Shown: positions 16,191 to 26,032, numbered from the stretch's first letter. The stretch: DNA of 64,000 bases from an uncultured Pseudomonadales bacterium (GCA_964348455.1 CAYGCQ010000001.1:58450-122449), one strand, 5' to 3'. Translations and numbers: made by a program. Notes: generated by a model from the letters alone, not told the origin.

Positions 16191-18008
16191 ATGCGTTACT
16201 TCTCTCAGATTATTCCCTCAATAGCCAAATTTATTTCACGATTTAGAGTAGAGATTATTTTGTTGCTTTTAATTGTTCCTGCAATCAGCGACATATTTAA
16301 GCCTGGTTTTATGCCTATGCACGATGATCTTCAAGTTCTTCGCTTGGTAGAAGTTCATAAATGTGTATTGGACGGCCAGATTCCTTGCCGTTGGGTGCCG
16401 GATGCTGGTTATGGTTATGGCTACCCTCTTATGGAGTTCTATCCACCTATGCCTTACTACCCGATGGAGCTCATGGTACTACTCGGTTCCGACTTCTTCT
16501 TACCGGTCAAGGTCATGTTTGCCTTAGCCTTCTTACTTAGTGGTCTGGGTATGTATCTATTAGCCAAGGAGTTCTTTGGTAAATGGGGAGGTGTTATAGC
16601 CGCCGTTCTGTATGTCTATTCTCCGTATCACTCTGTAGATGTATATGTTCGAGGCGCCATGAACGAAGCCTGGGGGATGGTCTGGTTCCCCTTTGTCCTT
16701 CTCTACATTTATAGATTAATACATAGTCATTCCCGACCTGATCGGGAATCTATAAAAATAAAATCCCAAAATACAATTTCTCGCGACTTTATCTACTTAA
16801 GCATCGCCCTCGCTCTCCAGCTAACCTCACACAACGTTATGACTTTAGTTTTTGCCCCCACGGCTATTATCTGGGCATTTTTCTGGATGTGGAAAGCAGA
16901 CAAATTTGAAAGGTTCAAAGAGCTCTTTTTTGCCGGGTTACTTGCCTTAGGACTTTCAGCTTTCTTCTTTATTCCCGTAGTCTTGGAGCAGAAATTTGTT
17001 CACGTAGACACCATGACCATCGGTTATTTCAATTACTTAGCTCACTTTGCTGATTTAAATCAACTATTCTGGACCCGTTTCTGGGGTTATGGCGGCTCTA
17101 CTTGGGGTCCGGAAGATGGGATGTCTTTCTCGATTGGTCACATTCAGTGGATCGGTGCCATACTCGCTAGCACAGTAGCTATTATGAGACTTTATCGACT
17201 CAAGTTTTACAAAAATGTATCTGTCATTGCGAGTCTCGTAGCCGAGCCGAAGCAATCTAAAAGTACAAAATCATCGGAAATAAATATGATGATTCTTCTG
17301 ATGATTTCTTTCGGCTTATTTTACGCTTTTCTCACTCATAGTCGATCAAACTTTATCTGGGAAAGGCTGTCAGTTCTTCAGTTTGCTCAGTTTCCTTGGC
17401 GACTCGTGGCATTGATTGTCTTTTACTTCTCTTTTGCTGCCGGATATGTGGGTACTATTACTATTCCTAAGTTTTTTAAGGCTATTATTTTTCCCATATT
17501 AATCATTGGCATTATTTTATTTAACATTCCCTTCTTCCGGTTTGAGCGTCATGTAAGGGTAACGATTCAAGAAAAAATGTCTGGACTTCAATGGGAGAAT
17601 CAGGTTACGGGTGGTATCTTCGACTATCTTCCTAGGACGGCTACCAGACCACCCGGCGCCCCTGCCTTCACTATTCCTCAATACATCGAAGGCAATGGTG
17701 GAATCTTGAACTATCGATCAGGGTCAAACTGGATTGCCTTTGATGCTTTCGTTTCTACTTCCTCAGCCAAAGTCATGCTTCCCATGTTTACATTCCAAGG
17801 TTTAAAAACAAAAGTCGATTCCCAGAGAGTGCTAACTGAAATGGATCCGGATCTAGGAAGAATAATCGTCAACCTGGATCAAGGACTTCATCATGTAGAA
17901 GCCAAAATTGGCTACACGAAAGTAAGGCTCTTGTCAGACTTTTTAACTTTTATTTCTCTTGCCATATTAATAAAGCTAATCTACCGTGATCGAAAACACA
18001 CCACCTGA
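16191..18008 (+). CDS. large polytopic membrane protein (possible GT-C glycosyltransferase) carrying two in-frame hairpin repeats
   Basis: 605 aa with at least 12 TM helices. Repeats at 16726-16754 (read as HSRPDRESI) and 17223-17259 (SVIASLVAEPKQS) keep the frame open. Confidence 0.5.
   Translation: MRYFSQIIPSIAKFISRFRVEIILLLLIVPAISDIFKPGFMPMHDDLQVLRLVEVHKCVLDGQIPCRWVPDAGYGYGYPLMEFYPPMPYYPMELMVLLGSDFFLPVKVMFALAFLLSGLGMYLLAKEFFGKWGGVIAAVLYVYSPYHSVDVYVRGAMNEAWGMVWFPFVLLYIYRLIHSHSRPDRESIKIKSQNTISRDFIYLSIALALQLTSHNVMTLVFAPTAIIWAFFWMWKADKFERFKELFFAGLLALGLSAFFFIPVVLEQKFVHVDTMTIGYFNYLAHFADLNQLFWTRFWGYGGSTWGPEDGMSFSIGHIQWIGAILASTVAIMRLYRLKFYKNVSVIASLVAEPKQSKSTKSSEINMMILLMISFGLFYAFLTHSRSNFIWERLSVLQFAQFPWRLVALIVFYFSFAAGYVGTITIPKFFKAIIFPILIIGIILFNIPFFRFERHVRVTIQEKMSGLQWENQVTGGIFDYLPRTATRPPGAPAFTIPQYIEGNGGILNYRSGSNWIAFDAFVSTSSAKVMLPMFTFQGLKTKVDSQRVLTEMDPDLGRIIVNLDQGLHHVEAKIGYTKVRLLSDFLTFISLAILIKLIYRDRKHTT
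16726..16754 (+). repeat. canonical 29-mer hairpin repeat inside CDS, frame b (HSRPDRESI)
   Basis: gtcattcccgacctgatcgggaatctata, exact. Confidence 0.9.
17223..17259 (+). repeat. hairpin repeat type D (GTCATTGCGAG...CCGAAGCAATCTA) inside CDS, in-frame
   Basis: gtcattgcgagtctcgtagccgagccgaagcaatcta. Confidence 0.85.
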
Positions 18009-19464
18009 CGCTCCATCGATACTGGAAGTCCAAGAGGTAAAGAGGCGTAGTGTCTCAGGTGTTCTCGCGCTCATTTCTCGTACTTTTATAATCCAAATTA
18101 TTTCCTTTGTTGCCACTCTTGCTCTTACTATTTTTCTCGATCCCAATACCTATGGTATTTTTTATCTTGTTTCTTCCGTCGTAAACTTCTTGGCCTATTT
18201 CTCGGACGTCGGTTTAGCCGCAGCTCTCATACAGAAAAAAGAAGCTATAACAGACGAAGATCTCTCTACTACTTTTACTATTCAGCAACTTTTGGTACTT
18301 AGTCTTCTGACCTTGCTTTTTATTCTGTCACCTTTTATTGGAAGTCAGTATCACATAGATCAATCGGGAATGTATCTACTCTACGCCATGGGAGTTTCGC
18401 TTTTTCTGAGTTCTCTAAAGACTATCCCTTCCATAATGCTGGAGAGAGAAATCAAGTTTAACAAACTCATTCTTCCTCAGGTTCTGGAAACTCTTACCTT
18501 TAACGGAATCGCCGTTTTTCTTGCTTGGCAAGGTTTTGGTGTCACCGCTTTTACTTTTGCAGTGCTCGGTAGGGGAGTTGTGGGGTTGATCGCTATGTAC
18601 ATTGTTTACCCCTGGAAACCCAAGATTGGAGTCAATCGAACTTCGCTCAAACACCTGCTAAAGTTTGGCCTTCCTTATCAGGTAAATACTTTTTTGGCAG
18701 TTTTAAAGGATGATGGTATGACCATTATTCTCACCAAGATTATCGGTACTCAGGGTTTGGGCTACATAGGCTGGGCGTCTCGTTGGGCGGGCCTACCACT
18801 TAGAATTGTCATGGATAACCTTACCAAGGTTTCCTTCCCGACTTTTGCTCGCTTGCAGCACGACAAAGAAAGACTGGCTAAGGCAGTAGAAATCAGCCTT
18901 AAGTACATGTGTCTACTGGCTTTCCCTATTCTGGTCGGTATGGGGTTTTTGGCTATTCCCATGACGCACTTAATTCCAAGATACGTAAAATGGCTACCCG
19001 CCATTATTCCTCTTTATCTTTATCTCTACAACTCAGCTTGGGCTAGTATCAGTACCAGTCTGACAAATTTACTGAATGCTACCGGTCATATAAAATCCAC
19101 TTTTAAACTAATGCTTATGTGGACAGGTCTTACCTGGGCAATCATGCCGATACTATCCATCAAGTTTGGTTATATGGGTGTTGCTTATGCCACAGCTTTG
19201 ATCGCCACATCCTCAATAGTTACAATTATTATGGCCAAGAAGTACGTCAGCTTTAGTATGATTCGAATCATAAAAACTCCAGTGCTCTCTTTACTGCCTA
19301 TGATTTTGTGGTTGTATTTATCGGTTGGATCAATTGGTTCATATTCTGCTTTGATAGCTATCCTTATTAGTTCAGCCATTATTTACTTTGGATCCATATT
19401 TATTTTGGAAGGTAAAACATTTTTTACCGATACGCTTAGTTACTTTAAGATAAAACATGCTTAA
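17986..19464 (+). CDS. Wzx-like oligosaccharide flippase (MOP superfamily polysaccharide biosynthesis protein)
   Basis: At least 12 TM helices. The N-terminus ISRTFIIQIISFVATLALTIFLDPNTYGIFYLVSSVVNFLAYFSDVGLAAALIQ is typical of Wzx/RfbX-family proteins. Confidence 0.65.
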   Translation: MIENTPPDAPSILEVQEVKRRSVSGVLALISRTFIIQIISFVATLALTIFLDPNTYGIFYLVSSVVNFLAYFSDVGLAAALIQKKEAITDEDLSTTFTIQQLLVLSLLTLLFILSPFIGSQYHIDQSGMYLLYAMGVSLFLSSLKTIPSIMLEREIKFNKLILPQVLETLTFNGIAVFLAWQGFGVTAFTFAVLGRGVVGLIAMYIVYPWKPKIGVNRTSLKHLLKFGLPYQVNTFLAVLKDDGMTIILTKIIGTQGLGYIGWASRWAGLPLRIVMDNLTKVSFPTFARLQHDKERLAKAVEISLKYMCLLAFPILVGMGFLAIPMTHLIPRYVKWLPAIIPLYLYLYNSAWASISTSLTNLLNATGHIKSTFKLMLMWTGLTWAIMPILSIKFGYMGVAYATALIATSSIVTIIMAKKYVSFSMIRIIKTPVLSLLPMILWLYLSVGSIGSYSALIAILISSAIIYFGSIFILEGKTFFTDTLSYFKIKHA

Positions 19465-22400
19465 AAAATTTCTTATAATCATCACCTTTATTTTTCTTAG
19501 CCTTCCGGGGAAAACTCTTGCTTTTAAGCCAGAAACTTTTGTCACTTTTGCCAATCCTGTTCGTGGTCCTGAAAATTGGCAAGCCGGCAAGCAAGACCCT
19601 CTGGCTCTTCCTATGCTTCAGTATGCCGAGTCCACATCCTCTGCTTATCCAATTACCTGGTTGCTTCGGTATGATGCAGTCAGAGATGCGACGATGTCTG
19701 CTTTTTTCAATAATCTCTCGACATCTGACAAGACTCAGACTCTAGGAGCATTCCTAGAAATTACACCTAAGTTATCTGCCGAAGCCAACGTCTCGTATCC
19801 AAAGGGCACCACTCCATTCAATGCCAATCGCATTTTTCTTTCCGGCTACTCGATAGATAATCGAGAAAATCTTATAGATACTTACATGGCCGCCTTCTTT
19901 GTTGAGTACGGCTACTATCCCAAGTCTGTCTCAGCCTGGAACCTTGATAGTTATAGTTTGCAGTACCTCCAATCCAGGTACTCAGTCCTAACAGCCATGA
20001 ACTGCGACGATCAGTACACCACTGATAACTATCGCATCTGGGGTGGTTATTTAGGTAGTCCCTACTTCCCGGATAAGAACAACTCCCTTATTCCGGCTAA
20101 ATCAGCTGACGAGCGTGTGAACTTGGCCATGGTACGCTGGGCTCAGAGAGACCTATTTAATTTTTACGGATATCGTTCTGAGTCTTCTTACTCAGTACAA
20201 GTAAATGATTATTTAGCTCAGGGACAAAACACAAAGTACTTTGAGAAACTCTTGGGATTGTATTCTCAGAGAAATTTAAATGAATTCACTTATATTAATA
20301 TTGGTTTGGAAAACGATTACGGTCTCATTGAATATAAAGCTGAGATAAAAAATGTTTTCAAAGCTCTTAAAGTAAACGAAGAAAAATTCAATCTCCACTT
20401 TATTTCGTTGTCCGATTTTGGTGATTGGTTCAAAGCTCGATACCCCGAAAGCACCCCGGCCTACTACTACGAGACCACAGATCCTTTGGAAAGTAGAGAA
20501 GGTAAGGTGTTTTGGTACCAGAGTCCTTGGTATCGCATCGGTTTCAAATCGGAAAAGGGGATTACTAAGATTATAGATTTCCGTGTGTACAATCGGGAAA
20601 TATATGAAGACTACTTTGCCACCCCGAATCAAGAACTTAGTCTCTACCAGGAAATTCCTGCCGTCATAGACTCGGTAAAGACACCAGGAACAGAAGTCAT
20701 TTTAGATCTGGATTTGGAAAAAGCTGAATTAGTCCACTCAAAGCAGTGGGATTACTGGCAAATTGCTTTTAAGTCGGGAGATGAAATTGTGACGCTAGAA
20801 CCGGAAAGAATTGTTTTTTCAGGTGTTTCTGCTCCGACGATTTCATCCAAAGATATCAAAGTAATCTCTAAGAAAAAAACAACCACTTGGGAATTAACTC
20901 CATACACTCCCTTTAAAAACTCTTCAAAGTTTACTTGGTTATTCTGGCTTCTTGCATCCCTAATAGTTGTCATCCTCGCGAAAGCGGGGATCCATCCCAA
21001 ATCACGACCTCCAACCTCGTCATTGCGAGATTCGGTAGACCGAACCGAAGCAATCTCCTCCACCAAACAATCCGTAATCTCTAAAAAAAATTCTTCTAAT
21101 GCCACAAAATCATCTGTCATCCTCGCGAAAGAGTTTACACTCCTGGGCGGGGGGATCCATCCGAACACTCGCACTCTTATAATTAGCATCTTAATCTCTC
21201 TCCTCGCCACCCTTACCGTCTTCCGTAATGGCCTTCTCTACCCCTTTGGCATGGGTTTCTGGGGTCCCAACGGACACGACGCTATCTTCCATCTCTCGCT
21301 CATAGAAAAATTCGCAGCCAGCCCCTTTAGTTTTTTACACCCCCAGATAGCCGGAGAGAGAATTGCCAACTATCATTTCATTTTTGATTTTCTGTCGGGG
21401 TTAGTCGTTAAGCTCTTTGGCATCTCTTCTCTGGATCTTTACTTTCGAGTCTTTCCTGTCGCTGCCGGTATCACTATAGTCTTACTCTTAAACAAGTTAC
21501 TAATATCTTGGAAATATAATCGCCAAGAAAGATTACTGGCAATCTTTCTAGCATTTCTGGCCGGTTCATTTGGCTTTATCCCAAAGCTTCTTACCGGCCA
21601 AAATTTTTTTACCGGAGAGTCCGCTTTCTGGGCCAACCAATCGGTCTCTATTTTTCTCAACCCCCCCTACGCCCTCTCCCTCATCCTCCTCCTAATTTTT
21701 CTTAACCGTATCACTAGTCATTCCCGACCTGAGCGGGTCGCTGATACTCGAAGGGGTAAATCAATACAAGACAGTTCAAAATTCTCGCCTGTCATCCCTG
21801 CAAAGGCAGGAATCCATCAAATTATTCCTCTAATTATTCTTGGTGCCCTCCTTGCCCAAACAAAAATCTACGCATTTATCCTACTTCTAGGAGCATTGTT
21901 ATTCTCCAAAAAATACAAACTGTTCTTCGGCGTTCTTGTTCTCGGAGTATTAATATCTTTGCCATTTACCGCCTTCGGTGGACCGTCACCCTTTCTCTTT
22001 TCTCCACTTTGGTTTCCCAGAAGTCTTTTTGCTTCATTTGATCGTTTTTACTGGCCCCAAATAGTTCAGGCCTGGCAAGCGTACGAAGCCTCAGGAAACT
22101 TTATTAAGCTAGCCTTGGTAAATTTATTTGCCTTAACAGTCTTTTTGATAGGAAACTTGGGCATGCGTTTTCTCGGCCTTATCCGAATTGCAAAAACAAA
22201 GGCGCCTAATGATTCCGAGACAATTGTTCGCTGGGTTATCTTTTTTGGACTAATCATTCCATTACTTTTCGTTCAGAACATCAATCCCTGGAACACGATC
22301 CAGTTCATGTACTACTCACTTTTTTTCTTAGCCATCTTCACCGCAAAATATATAAGCTCTCTTTTCACAGAAAAAACTGTCATCCTCGCGAATGAGGGAC

Positions 22401-22972
22401 GCTGGTCCCCGAAGGGGGAGATCCACAAACTGCCTCACCTTGTCATTCCGGGCTTGACCCGGAATCTATACAAATCTTCCATATTTTTAGTATTCATTCT
22501 TTTTGCCACCCTCACCTCCATTGGCACTCTCAAGGATTACATTGGTTTCTTCTCTTCTTCCCGTATCGGGTACACAGAACTATTGGCCCTGGATAAATTC
22601 CGAGACCAACCCAGAGGTATTGTCCTAGCTCCTTTTTACAGTCAGCCAAAGGCTTCAACCATCTACGCCCCCAAACCACTTTACTCATACGTATCCACAG
22701 CTTACATCTCCGCCATTTCAGGTCAACCGGAGTTCCTAGCCGATACTATCAATTTAGACATTACCGGCTTCGATTATACTGATCGCGCTAGGGACGTTCA
22801 GCGCTTTTACATTACCGAAGATAAACTGTGGGCAAACGACTTTTTATCTAATAATCATATTGAATACGTCTACGAAACCCCACTCCAAAAAATCAAGCTA
22901 GCTCCGGAAGATCTCAAATTAAAAAAAATCTTTGACTCTGGTGAAATAAATGTCTACGTTCGAGCACTGTAA
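19457..22972 (+). CDS. 1171-aa ORF: N-terminal secreted domain (~500 aa) plus C-terminal polytopic membrane domain, bridged by seven in-frame hairpin repeats (possibly two genes)
   Basis: Signal-like N-terminus MLKKFLIIITFIFLSLPGKTLA. Repeats at 20969-21162, 21717-21818 and 22379-22470. The downstream half has more than 10 TM helices. No stop in 3.5 kb. Confidence 0.45.
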   Translation: MLKKFLIIITFIFLSLPGKTLAFKPETFVTFANPVRGPENWQAGKQDPLALPMLQYAESTSSAYPITWLLRYDAVRDATMSAFFNNLSTSDKTQTLGAFLEITPKLSAEANVSYPKGTTPFNANRIFLSGYSIDNRENLIDTYMAAFFVEYGYYPKSVSAWNLDSYSLQYLQSRYSVLTAMNCDDQYTTDNYRIWGGYLGSPYFPDKNNSLIPAKSADERVNLAMVRWAQRDLFNFYGYRSESSYSVQVNDYLAQGQNTKYFEKLLGLYSQRNLNEFTYINIGLENDYGLIEYKAEIKNVFKALKVNEEKFNLHFISLSDFGDWFKARYPESTPAYYYETTDPLESREGKVFWYQSPWYRIGFKSEKGITKIIDFRVYNREIYEDYFATPNQELSLYQEIPAVIDSVKTPGTEVILDLDLEKAELVHSKQWDYWQIAFKSGDEIVTLEPERIVFSGVSAPTISSKDIKVISKKKTTTWELTPYTPFKNSSKFTWLFWLLASLIVVILAKAGIHPKSRPPTSSLRDSVDRTEAISSTKQSVISKKNSSNATKSSVILAKEFTLLGGGIHPNTRTLIISILISLLATLTVFRNGLLYPFGMGFWGPNGHDAIFHLSLIEKFAASPFSFLHPQIAGERIANYHFIFDFLSGLVVKLFGISSLDLYFRVFPVAAGITIVLLLNKLLISWKYNRQERLLAIFLAFLAGSFGFIPKLLTGQNFFTGESAFWANQSVSIFLNPPYALSLILLLIFLNRITSHSRPERVADTRRGKSIQDSSKFSPVIPAKAGIHQIIPLIILGALLAQTKIYAFILLLGALLFSKKYKLFFGVLVLGVLISLPFTAFGGPSPFLFSPLWFPRSLFASFDRFYWPQIVQAWQAYEASGNFIKLALVNLFALTVFLIGNLGMRFLGLIRIAKTKAPNDSETIVRWVIFFGLIIPLLFVQNINPWNTIQFMYYSLFFLAIFTAKYISSLFTEKTVILANEGRWSPKGEIHKLPHLVIPGLTRNLYKSSIFLVFILFATLTSIGTLKDYIGFFSSSRIGYTELLALDKFRDQPRGIVLAPFYSQPKASTIYAPKPLYSYVSTAYISAISGQPEFLADTINLDITGFDYTDRARDVQRFYITEDKLWANDFLSNNHIEYVYETPLQKIKLAPEDLKLKKIFDSGEINVYVRAL
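20969..20998 (+). repeat. hairpin repeat type E (GTCATCCTCGCGAAAGCGGGGATCCATCCC), in-frame (VILAKAGIHP)
   Basis: Stem CCTCGCG/CGCGGGG with a T-G pair that is a G-U wobble only on the + strand RNA. Confidence 0.9.
21019..21058 (+). repeat. hairpin repeat type D (GTCATTGCGAGATTCGGTagaccgaACCGAAGCAATCTCC), in-frame
   Basis: Nested stems ATTGC/GCAAT and TTCGGT/ACCGAA. Confidence 0.9.
21116..21162 (+). repeat. type E repeat with 15-nt insertion in the loop, in-frame
   Basis: gtcatcctcgcgaaag[agtttacactcctgg]gcggggggatccatcc. Confidence 0.85.
21717..21773 (+). repeat. long hairpin-repeat variant (GTCATTCCCGACCTGAGCGGGtcgctgatactcgaaggggtaaatca), in-frame
   Basis: Same architecture as 61439-61496. 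Confidence 0.85.
21791..21818 (+). repeat. hairpin repeat type F (GTCATCCCTGCAAAGGCAGGAATCCATC), in-frame (VIPAKAGIHQ)
   Basis: Stem CCTGC/GCAGG. Confidence 0.9.
22379..22429 (+). repeat. long type E variant (GTCATCCTCGCGAATGAGGGacgctggtccccgaagggggagatcca), in-frame
   Basis: Contains the inner GGTCCCCGAAGGGGGA hairpin shared with the 2364, 11691 and 51816 units. Confidence 0.85.
22442..22470 (+). repeat. type B repeat GTCATTCCGGGCTTGACCCGGAATCTATA, in-frame (VIPGLTRNLYK)
   Basis: Exact match to other type B copies. Confidence 0.9.
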
Positions 22973-23004
22973 CAAGAAGTTTCGTATCGATTACAATTAA
23001 ATAC

Positions 23005-23922
23005 ATGGCAAAAACAAAAATATCAGCGATAGTAAACACTAGGAACGAAGCAGATAATGTATTTGATTGCTTAAAGTCACTTAGTTTTTGTGATGAAATA
23101 GTCGTCGTTGATATGGAGTCAGAAGATAATACGAAAGAAATTGCAAAGCAATTTACAGACCATATATTTGATCATCGCAAAACTGGCTATGTAGAACCTG
23201 CCAGGAATTTCGCTATAAAAAAAGCAGTCGGAGATTGGCTTTTAATAGTAGATGCTGACGAGCGAATCCCAAAAACTTTAGCTGTCAAATTAATCGAGAT
23301 AGCCAATAACGGCGAAGTAGACTTTGTTAGAATTCCCAGAAAAAATTTAGTCTTTGGTCAGTGGCTTCAACATTCTAGATGGTGGCCGGACTACAACATT
23401 CGTTTCTTCAAGAGGGGTACGGTAGAATGGCAAGATGAAATCCACTCTGTTCCTATTACTTATGGAAACGGAATAAATTTAGATGCCGAGTCGTCACTAG
23501 CCATAGAGCATCACCATTACCGCAGTATTGACGAGTACTTCATCAGGGCTCTCAGATACTCAAACCAACAAGCCAAAGAGCTCATTGAGTCCGGATACAA
23601 GTTCGAACCTGCCGATATTATCAAAAAACCCATGGGAGAATTTCTCTCCCGTTTCTTCGCCGGTGAAGGTTACAAAGATGGTCTTCATGGCCTCATTGTA
23701 GCTATGCTTCAGTTTTTCTCAATTCTGCTTGTTTACCTTAAGGTTTGGCAGTTCGAGGGCCGAAAACCCGTCAAAGGTAGCGAATTTACCAAAGTTTGGC
23801 AAAAAGCTTTCATGGAGAAGTTCAAAGAACTTCGATACTGGTATCTCACAGTCCTCATCCAGAACTCTAGATCTAAGACCGAAGCCTTTTTCCTCAAGCT
23901 CCGCCGCCGTCTCCAAAAATAA
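23005..23922 (+). CDS. GT2 glycosyltransferase
   Basis: ISAIVNTRNEADNV, IVVVDMESEDNT and LLIVDADERIP motifs. Paralogous to 25222-26022 and 52102-52983. Confidence 0.7.
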   Translation: MAKTKISAIVNTRNEADNVFDCLKSLSFCDEIVVVDMESEDNTKEIAKQFTDHIFDHRKTGYVEPARNFAIKKAVGDWLLIVDADERIPKTLAVKLIEIANNGEVDFVRIPRKNLVFGQWLQHSRWWPDYNIRFFKRGTVEWQDEIHSVPITYGNGINLDAESSLAIEHHHYRSIDEYFIRALRYSNQQAKELIESGYKFEPADIIKKPMGEFLSRFFAGEGYKDGLHGLIVAMLQFFSILLVYLKVWQFEGRKPVKGSEFTKVWQKAFMEKFKELRYWYLTVLIQNSRSKTEAFFLKLRRRLQK

Positions 23923-23939
23923 ATTGATATACTGAATAC

Positions 23940-24239
23940 ATGATCACAGATCAGGAATTTTCACAACTCAGGACAATAATTAAAGAGGAAATTAATCTCG
24001 AAGTAAGAAAGGTTGTGGAAGATGTATTAGAGGAGAAGCTGGAACAGAAGCTGGAACAGAAGCTGGAACAGAAGCTAGATCAGAAACTGGACGAAAAACT
24101 CAAACCTATACATAGAAAGCTCAACAAGCTAGAAAAAGATTTGCAAGCAACAAATCACTTCTTTGATAACGAATACTTAGGTCACGAAAGAAGAATTACC
24201 AGAATCGAAACTCACCTAAATATTTCAAATCGTCTCTAA
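23940..24239 (+). CDS. hypothetical coiled-coil protein with tandem KLEQ heptad-like repeats
   Basis: EEKLEQKLEQKLEQKLDQKLDEKL is encoded by direct 12-nt DNA repeats (ctggaacagaag x3-4). Confidence 0.45.
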   Translation: MITDQEFSQLRTIIKEEINLEVRKVVEDVLEEKLEQKLEQKLEQKLDQKLDEKLKPIHRKLNKLEKDLQATNHFFDNEYLGHERRITRIETHLNISNRL

Positions 24240-24289
24240 AATTGTTCTTTTTTTGGAAATCAAGCACAAATAGACTATAATTGAGCTAG

Positions 24290-25219
24290 ATGAAAATAGC
24301 TTTTATTACAGTTAACTTTCACAGCGACGAAGATACTTACGAAGTCGTGTCCCAGCTAGAGAAAAATATTCTCCCAAAAGGAGTCGAGATGACGGTGTAC
24401 TGCGTAGATAACTCCGTATCCGACAAACTAAAAAGAAATCTTTCCAAATACAAACACGCTGTCTATGTTAAATCACCCGGTAATGTTGGTTTTGCTGCGG
24501 GAAATAACTTAGGGTATATTCAAGCTATTCGTGACAAAGCCGATATCATCGTCTTGATAAATAATGATACGGTAGTTCCAACCGACCTGGTTAAAAATAT
24601 TTTAAATTCCCCAATCACAGATCCAAAAGTTGGAGTTGTTGGTGGATTAATATATTTCGCTAAGGGGTTTGAATTCCAATCGAACTACAAGAAATCAGAT
24701 CTTGGAAAGGTAATCTGGTACGCAGGAGGTAAACACGACTGGAAGAATGTCTACGCTAGTCATGTCGGCGTGGATGAGGTAAACAGGGGGCAGTACAAAG
24801 GCATCAGGGATACTGATTTTGTAACTGGATGTCTGTTCATTGCTCGTCGGAATGTTCTTGAAGAAGTTGGTCTACTAGATGAACGTTACTGCTTGTATTA
24901 CGAGGACTCTGATTTGTGTGCCAGGATAAAAAGAGCCGGCTATCGAATCGTCATTGATACAAGTATTGAGATAGGTCACAAAGTCGCACAAAGTTCCGGT
25001 ATCGGTTCTCCCCTGAATGATTATTTTTTAACCAGAAACCGTTTACTTTTCGGCACCACTTATGCCTCACCGAGAACCAAGTTTGCCCTCATCAGGGAAG
25101 CTATAAAAAAATTATTTATCGGTACCCCCGCTCAGAAAATTGCCATCAGAGATTTTTTTACTAAAAATTTTGGTTGGGGTAGTTGGAACAAGAAAGTCTC
25201 TGTTCCCGGAAAACAATAA
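24290..25219 (+). CDS. GT2 glycosyltransferase (rhamnosyltransferase/WbbL-like)
   Basis: IAFITVNFHSDEDT, YCVDNSVSD, GNVGFAAGNN and VLINNDTVV motifs. Confidence 0.7.
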   Translation: MKIAFITVNFHSDEDTYEVVSQLEKNILPKGVEMTVYCVDNSVSDKLKRNLSKYKHAVYVKSPGNVGFAAGNNLGYIQAIRDKADIIVLINNDTVVPTDLVKNILNSPITDPKVGVVGGLIYFAKGFEFQSNYKKSDLGKVIWYAGGKHDWKNVYASHVGVDEVNRGQYKGIRDTDFVTGCLFIARRNVLEEVGLLDERYCLYYEDSDLCARIKRAGYRIVIDTSIEIGHKVAQSSGIGSPLNDYFLTRNRLLFGTTYASPRTKFALIREAIKKLFIGTPAQKIAIRDFFTKNFGWGSWNKKVSVPGKQ

Positions 25220-25221
25220 AT

Positions 25222-26022
25222 ATGAAACTATCTACTATTATTCTAGCTAGAGATGTAGAGAAAGAAATAATTCCTGCCATAAAATCCTCACAATTTGCCG
25301 GTGAAGTAATCGTAGTAGATACTGGCTCTACAGATGGAACTCTCGATATTTGTCGAAAAATGGGAGTAAGGATTGTCCACACCACAGGTGATAGCTTTGC
25401 TAAATGGCGTAACGATGGAGCCAAAGCTGCCAAAGGTGAGTGGCTACTGTATCTTGACTCGGATGAACGAATTCCCTTCAAACTGGCCAAAGAGGTCCTT
25501 AGTACTATCGCCGATACCGATTTTGCAGCCTTTACGATTAGTCGCTACGAAATATTTCTAGGAAAACATCTGAACCACTGGGGGGACCCGCGCGTTCTAA
25601 GACTGATGAAGAAATCAGCCTTAAGGCGCTGGGAAGGAAAACTGCATGAGCAGCCGAAGATTAATGGCACCATCGGGGATCTTCGCGAGCAAATGGTACA
25701 CTTGTCTCACAAGAACATTGACGAAAAGCTTCCCAATACACTCGTATGGTCCAAGTTGGAGGCCAAAATGCTCCTAGATGCCGGACACCCTCCCATGGCA
25801 GGATGGAGATTCATTAGAATTATGCTTACTGAATTTTGGAGTCGCTGTATCAAACAGGGGCTGTGGCGAGACGGAACCGAAGGCTGGATAGAGATAATCT
25901 ATCAAATGTTTAGCAAATTCGTCACTTACGAACGTCTTTGGGAAATGCAACGCAAGCCTTCTCTCAAGGATACATATGACAACGTCGACAAGCAAATACT
26001 CGAAGAATGGAAAAATAATTAG
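25222..26022 (+). CDS. GT2 glycosyltransferase
   Basis: LSTIILARDVEKEI, VIVVDTGSTDGT and LLYLDSDERIP motifs. Start at the ATG at 25222 just after the upstream stop. Confidence 0.7.
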   Translation: MKLSTIILARDVEKEIIPAIKSSQFAGEVIVVDTGSTDGTLDICRKMGVRIVHTTGDSFAKWRNDGAKAAKGEWLLYLDSDERIPFKLAKEVLSTIADTDFAAFTISRYEIFLGKHLNHWGDPRVLRLMKKSALRRWEGKLHEQPKINGTIGDLREQMVHLSHKNIDEKLPNTLVWSKLEAKMLLDAGHPPMAGWRFIRIMLTEFWSRCIKQGLWRDGTEGWIEIIYQMFSKFVTYERLWEMQRKPSLKDTYDNVDKQILEEWKNN

Positions 26023-26032
26023 TTAGCACCCT

